64,000 bases of DNA. Origin: Camelus dromedarius (Eukaryota). Below, piece after piece: positions 38,990-51,290 of the stretch (positions are counted from its first letter, which is position 1; the number at the start of each line of letters is the position of its first letter). The notes under the pieces were generated by a model, which ran no database searches, was not told where the DNA came from, and saw nothing but the letters and a program-made list of their open reading frames with translations. The DNA lies in assembly GCF_036321535.1 (NCBI RefSeq), contig NC_087437.1:98520001-98584000 (forward strand), in the 5' to 3' direction. The position numbers were made by a program, and so were the translations under genes.

Positions 38990-39990
38990 TGCCTCTTTCA
39001 GCAGCATTTGATGTTGTTGACCATTCTCTGTTTCGGAGGTTCTGGGTACTGCGTCAGTCTTAGCGTTTGAATTTAGTGTGAATGAAGTAAACTGGGTAAT
39101 GCTAGTCCTGAATAATCATTAGCTCTCTACCTTTCTATCACCACACTCTTTCATTTGAGTCCAATCACTCCTGTGGCTTTAACCATTTTCCAAATCTTTA
39201 CCACTAACACTTGGCCTTCTTTGGAGTTCCAGCTCCTTTTTTTCATCTTTCTGCTCTGCATTTCCCCTTTTGCATCCCAAGGGCATTATGTTTATTTATT
39301 TATTTTTAATGGAGGCATTGGGGATTGAACCCAGGACCTCATGCATGCTAAGCATGCGCTCTACCAATGAGCTATGTCCTCACCACTGCCAAAGACATTT
39401 TAAAATTAACTAGTCTACAGTAACAGATTTCCCCAAGCAAGCTGCTTCTCCTGACTTCCTTTCTGCTGCATGTAGAGTCATCATCCACTCAGTTCACCAG
39501 GCTTTCGCCTTCTGAGTTATCTCTGATTTCTCCCTCTGCTTGACCCACACAATTTCTCTCCTCTCAATATCTCATAAATCTGATTTTCAGACTTTCTGTA
39601 ATTTATTTGTGCACACTTGTCATCAGAACCATCTCCTTAAAACTGTCACTCTCTCACTTGTCTGTGACACCCGTAGAGACTACAGGATAAATTCCAAACC
39701 CCTGAATGTTACATTTAAACTTTTATAATCTGGTACTAGTTTGCCTTTTGTCAGCCTTGTCACTAATGATACCCCCTGTTGTCTTTATAACCATCCTCCA
39801 AAGTTAGTCCTTTCTTGAAATGCTCCATATAGTATTGCCTCCTCCCATCTACACTTGCCATCTCTACAATCAATATCCTACAATTCTTCAAGAGCTACTT
39901 CAGAGGGCCATGCAACTGTCATTGACTGCTCTTACAAATGATCTATCTTCTGATATACAGCTTTTACATTCTACTTTTTCTTAAGGAACT
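38990..39990 (+). mobile_element. L2 fragment interrupted by a young SINE
   Basis: 'ctttcagcagcatttgatgttgttgaccattctc' (L2 RT, LSAAFD.VDH) followed by an L2 3' body. Confidence 0.7.
39288..39387 (-). mobile_element. tRNA-derived SINE (camelid Vic-1-like)
   Basis: 'ggggattgaacccaggacctcatgcatgctaagcatgcgctctaccaatgagctat' preceded by (TTTA)n. Degenerate TSD ccaagggcatt / ccaaagacatt. Confidence 0.87.
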
Positions 39991-40002
39991 TAAAATTTAC
40001 TG

Positions 40003-40392
40003 TGTTCTAAAACAAAATTCAACTGAGTAAATTTTAAAGATCTTCTTAGCTTTATTCAACCATTCATAATTGGGCATCATTCCACCTAACAAATAGAAAA
40101 GGAACTCTGAGGATCTGGACAAAATGGAAGACGTTTACAGGCAGAAGTGGGTAGAAGGAAGTTACTAGCAAACAGTAGGTTGTTTGTCGCAAGATCACCT
40201 TCTTTTAGGGAATGGCAGAGATCTATCAGGAAGATTACCTCACTTGTGCTGACCAGGTTATTTCAGGTTGACTGGTTTATGATTTTACTCCTGTGTGAGG
40301 TTGAAACTGTAAGTTACGTGTTAAGTCCTGGTTTGATGACATGAGTTTAGCATAAGTGACTCCATTTTGGGTCTGTTGTCCCATTTTTAACA
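40003..40392 (-). mobile_element. ERV1-class solo LTR (MER41-related)
   Basis: TG...CA ends; 'aaaattcaactgagtaaattttaaagatct...ctttatt' and 'taagtgactccattttggg'. Near-TSD actg/acta. Confidence 0.7.
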
Positions 40393-41879
40393 ACTATCAG
40401 GACCATAACTATTTATGAATTTACCTTACTTCTAGTTTCCATGAAAATAGAAGAGATTGTGTCTTCTTGATATTCGAAGCCTCCTCAGCACCTGGCACAA
40501 TGCTTTGTAGATAATAGTTAATACTGTTTATTGCAAAAAAAATATGAATAAAATAGAATTAAAGGCTACCTTCTTCTGAATAATTTGAAACATTTAAAAT
40601 TTTGAACCCTGAAACTGTAATACAATCCATGTTATTTCATTTCCTATATTCAAATTTCCTCAAGAGGACTGAGAAAATCTAAATTTATTTTTTGACCTAT
40701 GGAGTTAAGGACAACAGATGGCTTATAATTGAGGTTTAAAATTTAAATGTGAAGAGTTAATAACATTAAGAATGAATATCCCATTGGATTGCAAATAGAA
40801 TGGGAAAAATCAAATAGTGTAATCAAGCCATTCTCATTTGATTCTCCATTAATAATTAGCAGTAACAAAGTTCTGCTCAGGAATATTAATGGCAGTGTCC
40901 AAGAGGACTTTCTGTGATGATCTATGCAAAAAAAACAAGATAAAGATATGAAATAGAAAAAGTAGTTTCTGAAAAACATGGATAATTTATTATCATATGA
41001 TGGTAAGACAATTAACAAATTAAACAGTAGTGAGTTAAGCTGTAAAATAAAAATGCTTTATATTTTCATACATAAGAAGAAAGACTAGCTTGCGTGGCTT
41101 GTGGTAGAGGGCACAAGAAGGGTGTGAAGTTATTGAAGAGGATGCGAACCTACCTCTTTGAAATGGAACAGTGACAAATTTGGCAATATGGTAAAATCAC
41201 TCTTGTGAAAAATACTGTAGAAATACCCTCCACACAGAGGTACATTTTTCATATCTGAAAAGAGAAAAGAAGAAAATTGAATTTTGTCTGATCACTGCTT
41301 TTAACCTCTAGGATTGAATCTGTCACTCCTAGGTCATTAGAAATGCATTCTTTTTCTGCCAATGTTCTTGACATAAAATTGTGGGATTCCTATTGCGTAT
41401 TTTCCCTCCTCTGGCAGTTAAATTTTTATTATTACTCCTATTCGGAAATGAAGAGTTCCTATTTAAAACTGTTAGAGTTCGACGTATGGGTATGAGATGT
41501 GCACTTACCGTGACTCCACGACGTGACTTTCCCATGATAGCACTGAACCATTGCAAACACAGTGTCTTGTGGTTTTCTTGCCTATACTTTTCACCTGCAG
41601 TCGGACCCATGCTTTTACTCAACAGGGGTGATCTCAGAGGAGGCTGATCTGTCTGCCCTCTGGTTTCCCAGAAGATCATAATCATGCTGCAATTGAAATT
41701 TTGCTTCAAGGTAACTTGAAGTCATCACCTTTTGGACTGCTCATAGTCATCTCAGTGAAGATAAATGTACCATTGTGTTACTTCTTGGAAATCTGGCATC
41801 ACCCGCTCTTTTACATCTTCGTTTCAGTGCAGTCGAGTTACAATAAGCATGACTTCCATGCTGGTACGTAGCAGAGTTA

Positions 41880-41960
41880 ATATTAAATCACCTGTGAGCA
41901 ATCTGTGTTTTAACAAGACCTCTTGGTGATTTTGAAACAGGCTAAGTTTGAGAGCCACTG
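41880..41960. mobile_element. MER5A-like hAT-Charlie MITE fragment
   Basis: 'aatctgtgttttaacaagacctcttggtgattttga...aagtttgagagccactg'. Confidence 0.7.
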
Positions 41961-42290
41961 GTTTAGGTAATTAACAATAACTGCTGGAACAGACAGTTCC
42001 CAAATCTCACAACAAAGCCTTATTTCCTACTCACATCACCGTCCGGTGTGGGTCAGATGGGCACCCTCTGTCTTGTGTCTAAGACATCTTGAACACTTGG
42101 CTTCCAATTTGCTGAAGAAGGGAAAGAGATCTGAAAGATTGCTTGGGAAGAGTTTATGGGCCAGGCTTGGGGGTAGCTTACATCACATCTGCCCACGTCC
42201 TTTCTGTTAGGAGTCTAGCCACTTAATTGCAACATCCAGCAGGGGAGGCTGGGAAATATAGAGGAGCACACAGGTATTTGTGAGTTAACA
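41961..42290 (-). mobile_element. Old MaLR LTR (MLT1I/J/K-like)
   Basis: 'cccaaatctcacaacaaagccttatttcctactcacatcac...catcacatctgcccacgtcc...gcaggggaggctgggaaatatag'. Confidence 0.65.
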
Positions 42291-42717
42291 GTTGGTTACA
42301 AGCAGGAGCAGAGAAACATTATATTACTTCCACCAGGCAGATAAGTTATCCTAATTTTTTGTTTTATTATTTTTTATAGCATCCATGGACCCCTGACCCT
42401 GAACCATTGCTTTGAAAGCCATCTTCCAGCTTGTATTTAACCCTTCTACCAGAATAGGGTCTCTTTATTCCTTCTGGAGTTTTATCTCTGAATCAGTTTG
42501 TCACTAGGCTAGGGCCAGATAAGACATAGCCGTAGACCCAGATGTATGTAGACAAACAGACATCAAAATAAAAGAGCTGGTTCAAATGGTACTGAAGGGT
42601 AGAAATAAAAGATTATTATCTCTGAAACTACACTCTTCCCACCTTGACCCCATTTTCTCCAAAATTACCAACCTTGAACCACATGTGGTTCTCCTGGCAT
42701 TAAACATCATAACTCTC

Positions 42718-43075
42718 AGTGAGGATCATAAACTCCAGTTTCACAGAGACCAGGCAGGTAAAGTACACAGATAAAGCAGGGCATAAGTAACACAGGCAGG
42801 GGACCAGGCTACGGGGCTGACGGCGCAGCACAGGCTTCATCTAAGGGAAGGCTACCCGCCAGCTCTGGCCAATGGCCAATGGGAATGCAGAGCATCAGTA
42901 TTGCTAGATCTTTCTTCCACTTTTTTTTTTTCCCCAAGAAAAACTGAAAATATGAATGCTTTGGTTAAGTTTTCTAATTTTTACAAACAGTATACATTAA
43001 ATTAAAAAAAAAAACAGACAAAAAGTCCCCTTTTATACAACTAATGTGTGGGCTACCAACTTGCAACTCCTATGC
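42718..43075 (+). mobile_element. MER102-like hAT-Charlie element
   Basis: 'ccaggcaggtaa...tgggaatgcagagcatcagtattgctagatct...gggctaccaacttgcaactcct'. Confidence 0.65.
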
Positions 43076-43099
43076 TAAACTGTACATGTATACCTCTAG

Positions 43100-44380
43100 T
43101 TTACATTAGCCCCTTAAAATTGTTTAACGGTTGTAAAACCCCAAGCTTATAACTGAAAACACCTCTTTATTTTTTCATACGGAAGTTGATGAATTTGTAA
43201 ACTTACACCTTCTCTTTACTTCCAGTCGATTTCTACCCCCTTGAATTTTTATTAGTCATGTTATTACCAAACTTTGTGTTTGTTCATCAAACTTGACATT
43301 CATCAACTCCTTATGGCCCATTAATAAGATAAGAAAATTGGTGCTTCTTCACATCTTTCCTCCAACTTTTCCTCCATACTTCCTTAGCTGTTAGCTGTGC
43401 CATTATTTTTACATTAACCAAATACACACTATTTAGATTCTGTATTACCACTATAATTAATTAAATATTTAACCCTTTATCTGTATCTCATATTCTAAAA
43501 TTCAGAACCAATAAATGTTTTCAATATTATAATTACAGTAATTATTAATAACCAAAGAACTGGGTAGAATGATGTTATCCTATTTCATCAAACCTTGGCC
43601 ACGTGACAAAAGATGCTCCAGGAATGAAGGTCAAGTGGCTCTCTTTCCTTTCATTCCATGAGTAGCTCAAAATCATCCTACATTATACTTTTCTTTATAT
43701 TTGGTCCAAGGCTTCCTCATATAGGTCTTTGGTTTTTCATGCATTTCCAATCTTCTTTTAATTTTCTTTATTGAAAGAAGAAGCTGAAACTTTTATTTCA
43801 GCCTCAGAACAGTCCTGCCTTTTAAGGATATTGTATGTCTAAACTAGTCCATTTGATCTTGGAAACATTGTGGTTAACGCCTCAGTATTCATGTTTCAAT
43901 TCTGACCATTTTTCTTCTCACATGCCACAGAGTCTAATCTGAGGGAATTTTTTTTTGTGGCACTTTCGTGTTGGGTGCGCTATTTCTTTGATCCTATGGC
44001 TTCTCTTTCTTCAATTTTTTTTTGTTGGTTTGAATAGAAACCACAATTACTTCTTTTTTAAAGAGAAGTAAATAAAGATAACTCATTGTGTGTTTAAAAA
44101 TGTCTCTATTTTATACCCTCACATTTTTGTTACCCCAGACTGAGAACTTTAAAAGATCTATCTCCATCCTGTTGGTGTCTGGATATGACTCTCTCATCCT
44201 ACACCCAGTTAGCCCCTGGGCGTTCCTTTCAACTCCCATGACTTTGTTTTTCCTCCTTCTCCTCTGCCTTTTCCTTTTTCTCCTGCTTAATTCCTCTGCA
44301 TCTATTTGTTTTGTTCTCTTTTCTGGGAATTTTTCTTAAATAAGGATATTGAAATTCCTGCTTGAGTCTCTGTTTCTTCA
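43100..44380 (-). mobile_element. Degraded old L1-like (L1M/HAL1-type) fragments
   Basis: Long T-rich tract with L1-antisense-like words (e.g. 'tgtgtttaaaaatgtctctattttataccctcacattt'). Confidence 0.4.
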
Positions 44381-44384
44381 TTTT

Positions 44385-44795
44385 TATTTTCTATATATGT
44401 TAAAGTAATTATATATTGAATATATATAATATAAAGTATACTATATTAAAATTATATATTACATATTTATATTTTATATTTATATAAATATATTTTACAC
44501 ATACGAATTATAAAGTGGATATATTAATTATATATACACAGGCATAGAAAATTAAACTTTTTGTTTAATTATATATAATTTTATAATAATATATTATACT
44601 ATATTGTATATATAAATATAATATATACTATATTATATAAATTATATCTAAATATATCTAAATAAAAATATAAAGTATATTTAATATATAAAATACATAA
44701 AATATATAAATATATAAAATATGTTTAATATAGAAACTACAATACATAAAATATATATAAATATATAAAAATATATGTACACTTATATATATATT
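44385..44795. repeat. ~400-bp degenerate (TA)n / AT-rich low-complexity tract
   Basis: Almost entirely A/T with imperfect TATA repeats. Confidence 0.92.
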
Positions 44796-45140
44796 TGTCG
44801 CTTTGACCATTAGACCAAGGTGATTCTAACGCCTTAGTAGACTATGTAAACAAACTGAAACCTAAGCCAGAATCAATGCACTCCGATCTGACAAAGTGAA
44901 ACTTAAGGACAACTAAAAACAAACATCCAGGTAGGCTTTCCCAAAGAAGGCCACTGCTTAAGCTGTAGCCAATCAGGTAATTGCTTTGCTTGGCTTCCCT
45001 GTCTTCTCTGTAAAAGCTTCTCCCCACATTGTGAGTGGAGCCCTCGTAACTACTTTCAGTTCGGTGCTGCTCAGTTTAAATTGATGTTTGCTCAGATAAA
45101 CTCCTATAAATTTTAATGTGCCTCAGTTTATCTTCTAACA
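44796..45140 (+). mobile_element. ERV1-class solo LTR
   Basis: TG...CA ends; CCAAT box 'gtagccaatcagg'; TATA-like 'tgtaaaag'; typical 3' end 'tttgctcagataaactcctataaattttaatgtgcctcagtttatcttctaaca'. Confidence 0.75.
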
Positions 45141-47365
45141 TGCAGATGGAATCTCTAGGGCTTTGGCTCTACGTTCTAGATTAAGATTATTTTAACTCGT
45201 ATTACAGCACTTTAATGACTTTTCAAAAGTTTGCCAGTCTCATCTAATTTCCAAGAAGATTCATTTTCTAATTGCTCCTTTTTCATTGTGATTTCTTCTT
45301 GAATGTGAGGTTATTTGTTCTTTGTTTTTTGTTTTTTGTGGGCGGCATACTCTTGAGTGTCTCTGAAGAGACTAATTATAATTCTGTTTAGTAAACTATT
45401 TGTGTTCTCTGGGATCACTTGTTCAGTTTCTTTATCTCAGCCCTTTTCTGGACCCTCTGGTTTTCCCCAAATGAGCGGTATTCTTTGGTTGTCTACCTAA
45501 TGTTGTGAATCAAAGACTCAATTAATGAATATAAGTAACAGGGGTGGGTTTTCTCTGACAGGAACCGTGTGTGTGCAGAACAGCACATGCACTTACTGTG
45601 TGGGGTGGGAGGAGGCAATCTTCTCCTCCCCACTCTTGGAAAAAATCTAATGAGAATGAGGCTTTTGCTGTAGGTATTAACTCCCACTGAAGGCCCTAGT
45701 TCTCTCTTGTCAGTTAGTTTCTTTAGAAAGCATTTCCCCGAGAACTGTCTCTTGTGTGCCATGTGGCTTTGTAATCTTGGGTGTATTCCCAGCCCCCTTG
45801 TGCCCTGCTCCACAAAGCAGAGACCTTATCTCTCAGGTTCCCTTGACAAGTGGCAAGATGGCTTGCTTCTATCTTTGGGCTGCATCACCGCATCAAGTCC
45901 TTGGGCACCCCCAGTTCTCCCCATCATCAGGGTAATGCATTCCCTGTGGTGACAGGTTTCTGCTCGTCTGGAATTCCTCGTCTGGTTCGACCCTGATTGA
46001 CACAGTTCCAGTGTCCATTCCTTCTCTCTCATCTGCTGACTTTTAGCTTAGTTTCTCCAGATCTTCACCTAGAGGAAGGGTCCTCTCTGAATTACCGAAT
46101 TCTTCAATGTGTATACGTCCTGTTGAGTACAGCTTCCTCCACCTTAGGGCTAAATCTCCATGTGAGCTTCTCATCTGCTTTCATGTTCTTTTTAGGCCAC
46201 CTCCTTACCCTCCATCACCTCTTTTTACAACTTTGTTACCAAGGTATTCCCTTTTGAACACCCTTAGTGGAGACATTTCAATGGTGTTTTGGAAGAAAAG
46301 ATGAATGTGTATGCTCAGTTTGTTGCCTAGTTATAGGAGTTTTTGGTCAGCTAATTTTGAGGGCTTGTCTTCAGAAAAGTGACAACCTGGCAATCTTTGA
46401 GAGTGATTTTAGTTTTACAAATATACTTAAGTTAAAAACAGTAAGAGTCAGTGAAAGTTATTACTATCTTTCAAGGTTGGAAGCTAATTATTTTGAACTG
46501 AGCAATTTTAGGGAAGAATTTGGATAAGCAATTTCTGCTTTACTCCTTCATCCATGTTCAATTACATCCTTAGCAAGTCCTCCAATGTGATATTTCTATG
46601 TATTTGAGCCTGCTTCTCTCGAGGTTACATGGTCTAATTGTTTTTTCTGTGAACATACCAAAACTATTCAATTTGCTAATTTAGTCCTGCAGTGATTCGA
46701 GTATGTCCCTTTCATTTAGCCACTCTGTTATGACACAAATATGATTATAATGTAATAAGAAAAGACATTTCCTCTGCAGATTTTCTTTACTGCTAGTTAC
46801 ATTGAACTGAAAGCATTTCTCTATTTGTGAGAGCAGAGATAATTACATAACAACCAAATAAGGTATGGACTCAATCATCCCTAGTGATTTTGTAGTGGGT
46901 AGGAAATGGTGGTCCAAATTTTTAGAATTGAATCTACTACAAACTCACTGAGAAATTGAACCCCCAATATTGTGTATTTTGAATATCTAATAAAATTATA
47001 ACATACAGACTCTCTAACTGGTTTCAATGCAAGAAAAAATTGGGGTAAAAATATCTATGAGATGTACAGTTATCAGGGTATTTGCTCAACTGACACTGGC
47101 CCACCCCCCTTTCTTTAAGAAATTCATCCCTACGTGTCTTTAGCTTCACTTTATTTGTTGCAAGGCCATTATCACTTTGACTACTGATTGGTCCAGAAAA
47201 TAGACACTTGGTTTCGTTGAGCCAATCAGATTCTTTCTCCAAGGGATCGCTACTCAAGAGTCATCTAGTTAGTCTCTAAACATGGCTAGAGATGTGCATC
47301 ATGTAAAACGTCCCTGGATATTGGACAACCACCCATCTCCCGCCATATGGAAAGAGAAACAGAGA

Positions 47366-47650
47366 ACTAACAACAAATCATAGTTACCAAACAGGAAAGG
47401 GCAGGGGGGGATAAATTAGGAGTTTGGGATTAACAGACACGCATTACTATATATAAAACAGGTACACAACAAAGACCTACTGTATAGTACAGGGAACTAT
47501 ATTCAACTTCTTGTAATAATATATAATGGAAAAGAATCTGAAAAAATATATGTATATGTAAACCTGAATTGCTTTGCTGTACCCCTGAAACTAACATTGT
47601 AAATCAACTACACTTCAATAAAAAGCAAAATTTACAAAAAAACAAAAAAA
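47366..47650 (+). mobile_element. 5'-truncated L1 3' fragment with poly(A)
   Basis: 'ggataaattaggagtttgggattaacagac...aacaaagacctactgtatagtacagggaactatattcaa...cattgtaaatcaactacacttcaataaaaa'. Degenerate TSD aaagagaaacagaga / aaagaagaacagaaa. Confidence 0.9.
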
Positions 47651-47677
47651 AAAAGAAGAACAGAAACAGGCAAAGAG

Positions 47678-47753
47678 AATCATAGAATCAAGACACTATA
47701 ATATAATCATAGAATCAAGACACTATAATATAATCATAGAATTAAGACACTAT
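47678..47753. repeat. 27-bp minisatellite, ~2.8 copies
   Basis: Unit AATCATAGAATCAAGACACTATAATAT at 47678 and 47705, plus a partial copy (1 mismatch) at 47732. Confidence 0.95.
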
Positions 47754-49047
47754 TCACAGAGTCACCACTGGGGTTTCCAATATATTTTATTACTGATTCC
47801 AATGCCTTTAGTGTGGAATTTATGAGACATTCTTGAATTCTTATAGCAAGAGCTCCTTTTTGCTTAAGCTAGGTTGAGATGATCTGCTATTTGCCATCAA
47901 AGAGCCTAAAATAAAACAGAACACACAGCAGAATGGAGAGACTGTTTACCACCAAGCACACGAATAAAAAAGATGCAGAGACTGCTGGGTTTACATCTGT
48001 GAAAAGAGAATAAATTGGCTGTCTTTAACTCCTTTGCTTTGATTCTGAGTTGGCCTCCACTGATTTTTTTTTCTTCATTAATATGTAAGAAATGCCTGTT
48101 TAACAATTTGCATACTAACTCTTCAGCAAGCACCTAATTTCTGAACGTTTAGAAGATTCACTTAATTTGGTTAAAATACTAAAGAGATATTATATTTTAT
48201 GTAATACAAATAAGTTTCGATAAAAACAGGGAGTTTTGACAAAACTCATTAACTAATTTAAATGAGCTCTGTAGAATCCAGCACAATGTCTGGTAAATAG
48301 TGTAGGTGCTCGTTAAATGTTAGCTCATGCCTCCCTTCCTTCCTAAATTAAAGCATTTTCCATTGATCTATTGCTTCATTTATTCAGGAAACATTTGAAC
48401 ACAAAGAACCATACCAAGTGCTGGGCTATAAAAAACTTAACCTAAGGGAGACAATCCAGACAGAACTGTAGAGACAAATATTTTCAATACTACCTGTTAA
48501 GATCTGCAATTAAGAGACGGATAAAACTTTACAGAGGCTCAGAGAAGAAGCAACTGCTTGGTTGGTAAGGTGATGGTGGCAAATTTGCCAGTTCTGTCCT
48601 CAAATAAATTCTTTAAATTCTATAGCCCCCAGCTTATTATTTGCAAATATGGGGTTATTAAGGATTTTTCACTTTTTTTTATCATGATTAAAGGAGGTTA
48701 AAAAATATATATATAGTACTCCAGGTACATTAATACTATTTAGAGGGACTGTAGAAAACCAAGAGGTGATATTTAAACAAAGTCAAAAAATGTTTAGTTA
48801 GAGGTACGAGTTTTCCCAGGGAAGAATATTCTAGAAAGAGAAAGCAGTGTATATAAGAGCAAGTCCTGGCTAAAGTGTCTTCAGTCAGTAGGAGAAGCTC
48901 TGTGTGGATCAGCAGAGCCTGTGTTGGAAAGGAGTGGCTGAAGAAACAGGTTGGGGCTCAGCTAGGAAGAGCCATCTATGGAGGTGAGGTTTTATTCTGT
49001 AGGTATTAAGCAGCCAGTGGAGGTTCTGAAGCATGAGCACGGCAATT

Positions 49048-49785
49048 TGGGCAAGGAAAACTCTTTTCCCTCCACTATCTTAGCTTCATTGGCTTATACC
49101 TTGTAAATTAGATGAACAAAAGACAATTAACAAGAGAATCACAAAAGAGGCTATTAAAAAAATTTTTTTTAATTGACGTATAGTTGATTTGCAACGTTGT
49201 GTTAATCTCTGGTGTACAGTACAGTAATTCAGTTATACATATTTTTACACATATATTCTTTTTCATATTCTTTTTCACTATCAGTTGTTACAAGATATTA
49301 AATATAGTTCCCCATGCTTTAAACATGTGATGACACATACCCATGGAAGTACCAGTGATGACTAACTCAAAGGGGTGGTTAGAACTTGGGCTTCTACGGC
49401 ATCTTAACAAAAGACCAATAAAATTTTAGGGAAATGATAATACAAGGGAAGAAGTCCTTGAGTTGCTAGCAGGGCAAACTGTGGGAAGGTAAATATATGG
49501 GGGAACAAATGGGAGGTAAGGGCCAATTAGTAGAACTTGTAATGCAGGTTCCTCCGGTGCTGTCACTGGGCTGAGAAGGGCCTGGAGTTGTCTCTGGTGA
49601 TTAACTTCTGTCCTTCCTGGTACAGAAGGGAGGCAAGACACCTTTACAGATTTATATCCTGCTTTTAGACAAATAGGGAGAGGGCAGAGAGCCTTTTTCT
49701 TGTACCTGCTATTTCTTAATTGTCTTTAGTTCAAAATAACCTTTACACCAAAGTGGCATATTTTGGAGTGGCATATTTTGTTACA
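49048..49785 (-). mobile_element. ERV1-class solo LTR (MER34/LTR39-like), interrupted by an L1 stub
   Basis: 'caaaagacaattaacaagagaa' at one end and 'caaaataacctttacaccaaagtggcatattttggagtggcatattttg' at the other; TG...CA ends. Confidence 0.75.
49160..49318 (-). mobile_element. L1 3' stub inserted in the LTR
   Basis: 'ttttttttaattgacgtatagttgatttgcaacgttgtgtt...gtacagtaattcagttatacat...aatatagttccc'. Confidence 0.88.
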
Positions 49786-51059
49786 ATTTGGCAATCAAAT
49801 TTTATTTTTAGAATAATAGGCTTCAGGACTTGTGGAGAGAGCACCAGAAGGAGAAGAGGAGAAGTCCAGTCTGGGATTAAGATAATAACACATCTATACT
49901 CTGTTTCTTAGAGACCATTCTCAGAACTCAAAAGGCTAATCATGATTGCTGTGGGAAAACATGACCTTCACAAAAGTGGCTATGGATTTAAAAAGCATCC
50001 TGAAGACAGAGAAGCAGAAATATGTGAGCTAAAATATAAAGTAAGGAAGAGAAATAGTAAGTGTTTTTAAGTGTGTAGGAAAAATTACAAATGCAGATGG
50101 ATAATGTGACTCAATGAATACAGCTGTTTAAGGCACATTGAACAGATTCATTGCTTGCTGCTTGGCGGAGCCCAGGGCTTAAAGCTATTTAGACAACTTG
50201 GGTGATGGGAATTGTCCTAGTGCACTACTGCAACTATTTGTTTCCCCTAATTTTCTTCCCACACTTCATAATAAATTTTAGTCAGACACATAACTTAGGG
50301 AATTGTTATAAAGCCATGAACCATGTGGTCCAGTCTCAGAACACAACATAATTAAAGAAAAACTCAGAAACCAAAAAATTATTTCCAAATAAGTAAACAT
50401 CTTTTCTTCTGTTACTAGAATGCCACAGAGAGAACACAGGGCTAGCACATTACCTCTGCTCTTGTTTCACAAACTGGAGTTGCCCCCATGCTTCTCACTT
50501 CCAAAATTCCCTGAGACTCTTTCCCCTGCCCTAGCCTGAGCACCATTGTGTTGTTGTTGTTTGGTTGTTTGGGGTTTGTTTTGTTTTGTTTCTTTTCTTT
50601 TTTTTTTTTTTTTTTAATCCCCACCACTTTCCTTTTGAGTTGCATCACAGAAGTTCAGAGGAGTTGATCTGGCAAAGGAAGATTCTCATTAGATGGCCAG
50701 AGATAGGAGGAAACTAAGAGAGCAGTGGCAAATGCTCTTTAGCAAACAGGAGGAGGGGAGCAGCTGGGACCATTCATATTGAGCAATTTATCTCTATTAG
50801 CAAATTGGATGAGGGTGAAGAAAATATAAGAAAAAGTTCTGCTAGAGAAGAGGGACAAGGTGAAATGTGGGAAAAGCTGGAATATGTAAGTCTGGTCTTT
50901 GGTCTGATAAATTGTCCCACTCTGATCCTCACATTGGGTTAATAAGAATGAAGACAAGAGTCTGAGGTATCTGCTACATTTCCTCTCAGGTATTTGGATA
51001 GGCTGTGATTTATTTTTCTCAAATCCTTAGATGGGGAAATGGGTTAGGACAAGTTACAA

Positions 51060-51290
51060 ATAATAACAAAATAATAGCTATTGTTTAGTGAATGCTTATT
51101 AAGGGCCAGTCATTTGTAAACATTATCTCATTTGATCCTCACAGATAGCTGTGAGATATACACTGTATCCTCCACCTTATAGATAAAGAAATTGAGCTTT
51201 AGAAAGTTTTAATAACTTGCGCAAGTTGGTGGAGCCAAAATTTGAACACAGGCATTTTTAGCCTAGAGTTCATAATTTAACAATTGGACT
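51060..51290 (-). mobile_element. MIR SINE
   Basis: 'cattatctcatttgatcctcaca...ccaccttatagataaagaaattgagctttagaaagttttaataacttgc...ggagccaaaatttgaac'. Confidence 0.8.

Larger units (their letters stand above)
47020..47905 (+). mobile_element. Old MaLR LTR (MLT1-like) split by an L1 stub and a minisatellite
   Basis: 'tgagccaatcagattctttctc' upstream and 'ctcctttttgcttaagctaggttgag...ctatttgccatcaaagagcctaa' at the 3' end. Confidence 0.55.

Noticed and set aside
47678..47753. CRISPR-like direct repeats
   Set aside because: Head-to-tail copies with no spacers, in mammalian DNA; a minisatellite.
50111..50152. Hairpin caatgaat-acag-ctgtttaa-ggcaca-ttgaacag-attcattg as a pre-miRNA
   Set aside because: Only ~42 nt with a 4-nt bulge; too short and matches no miRNA I know.
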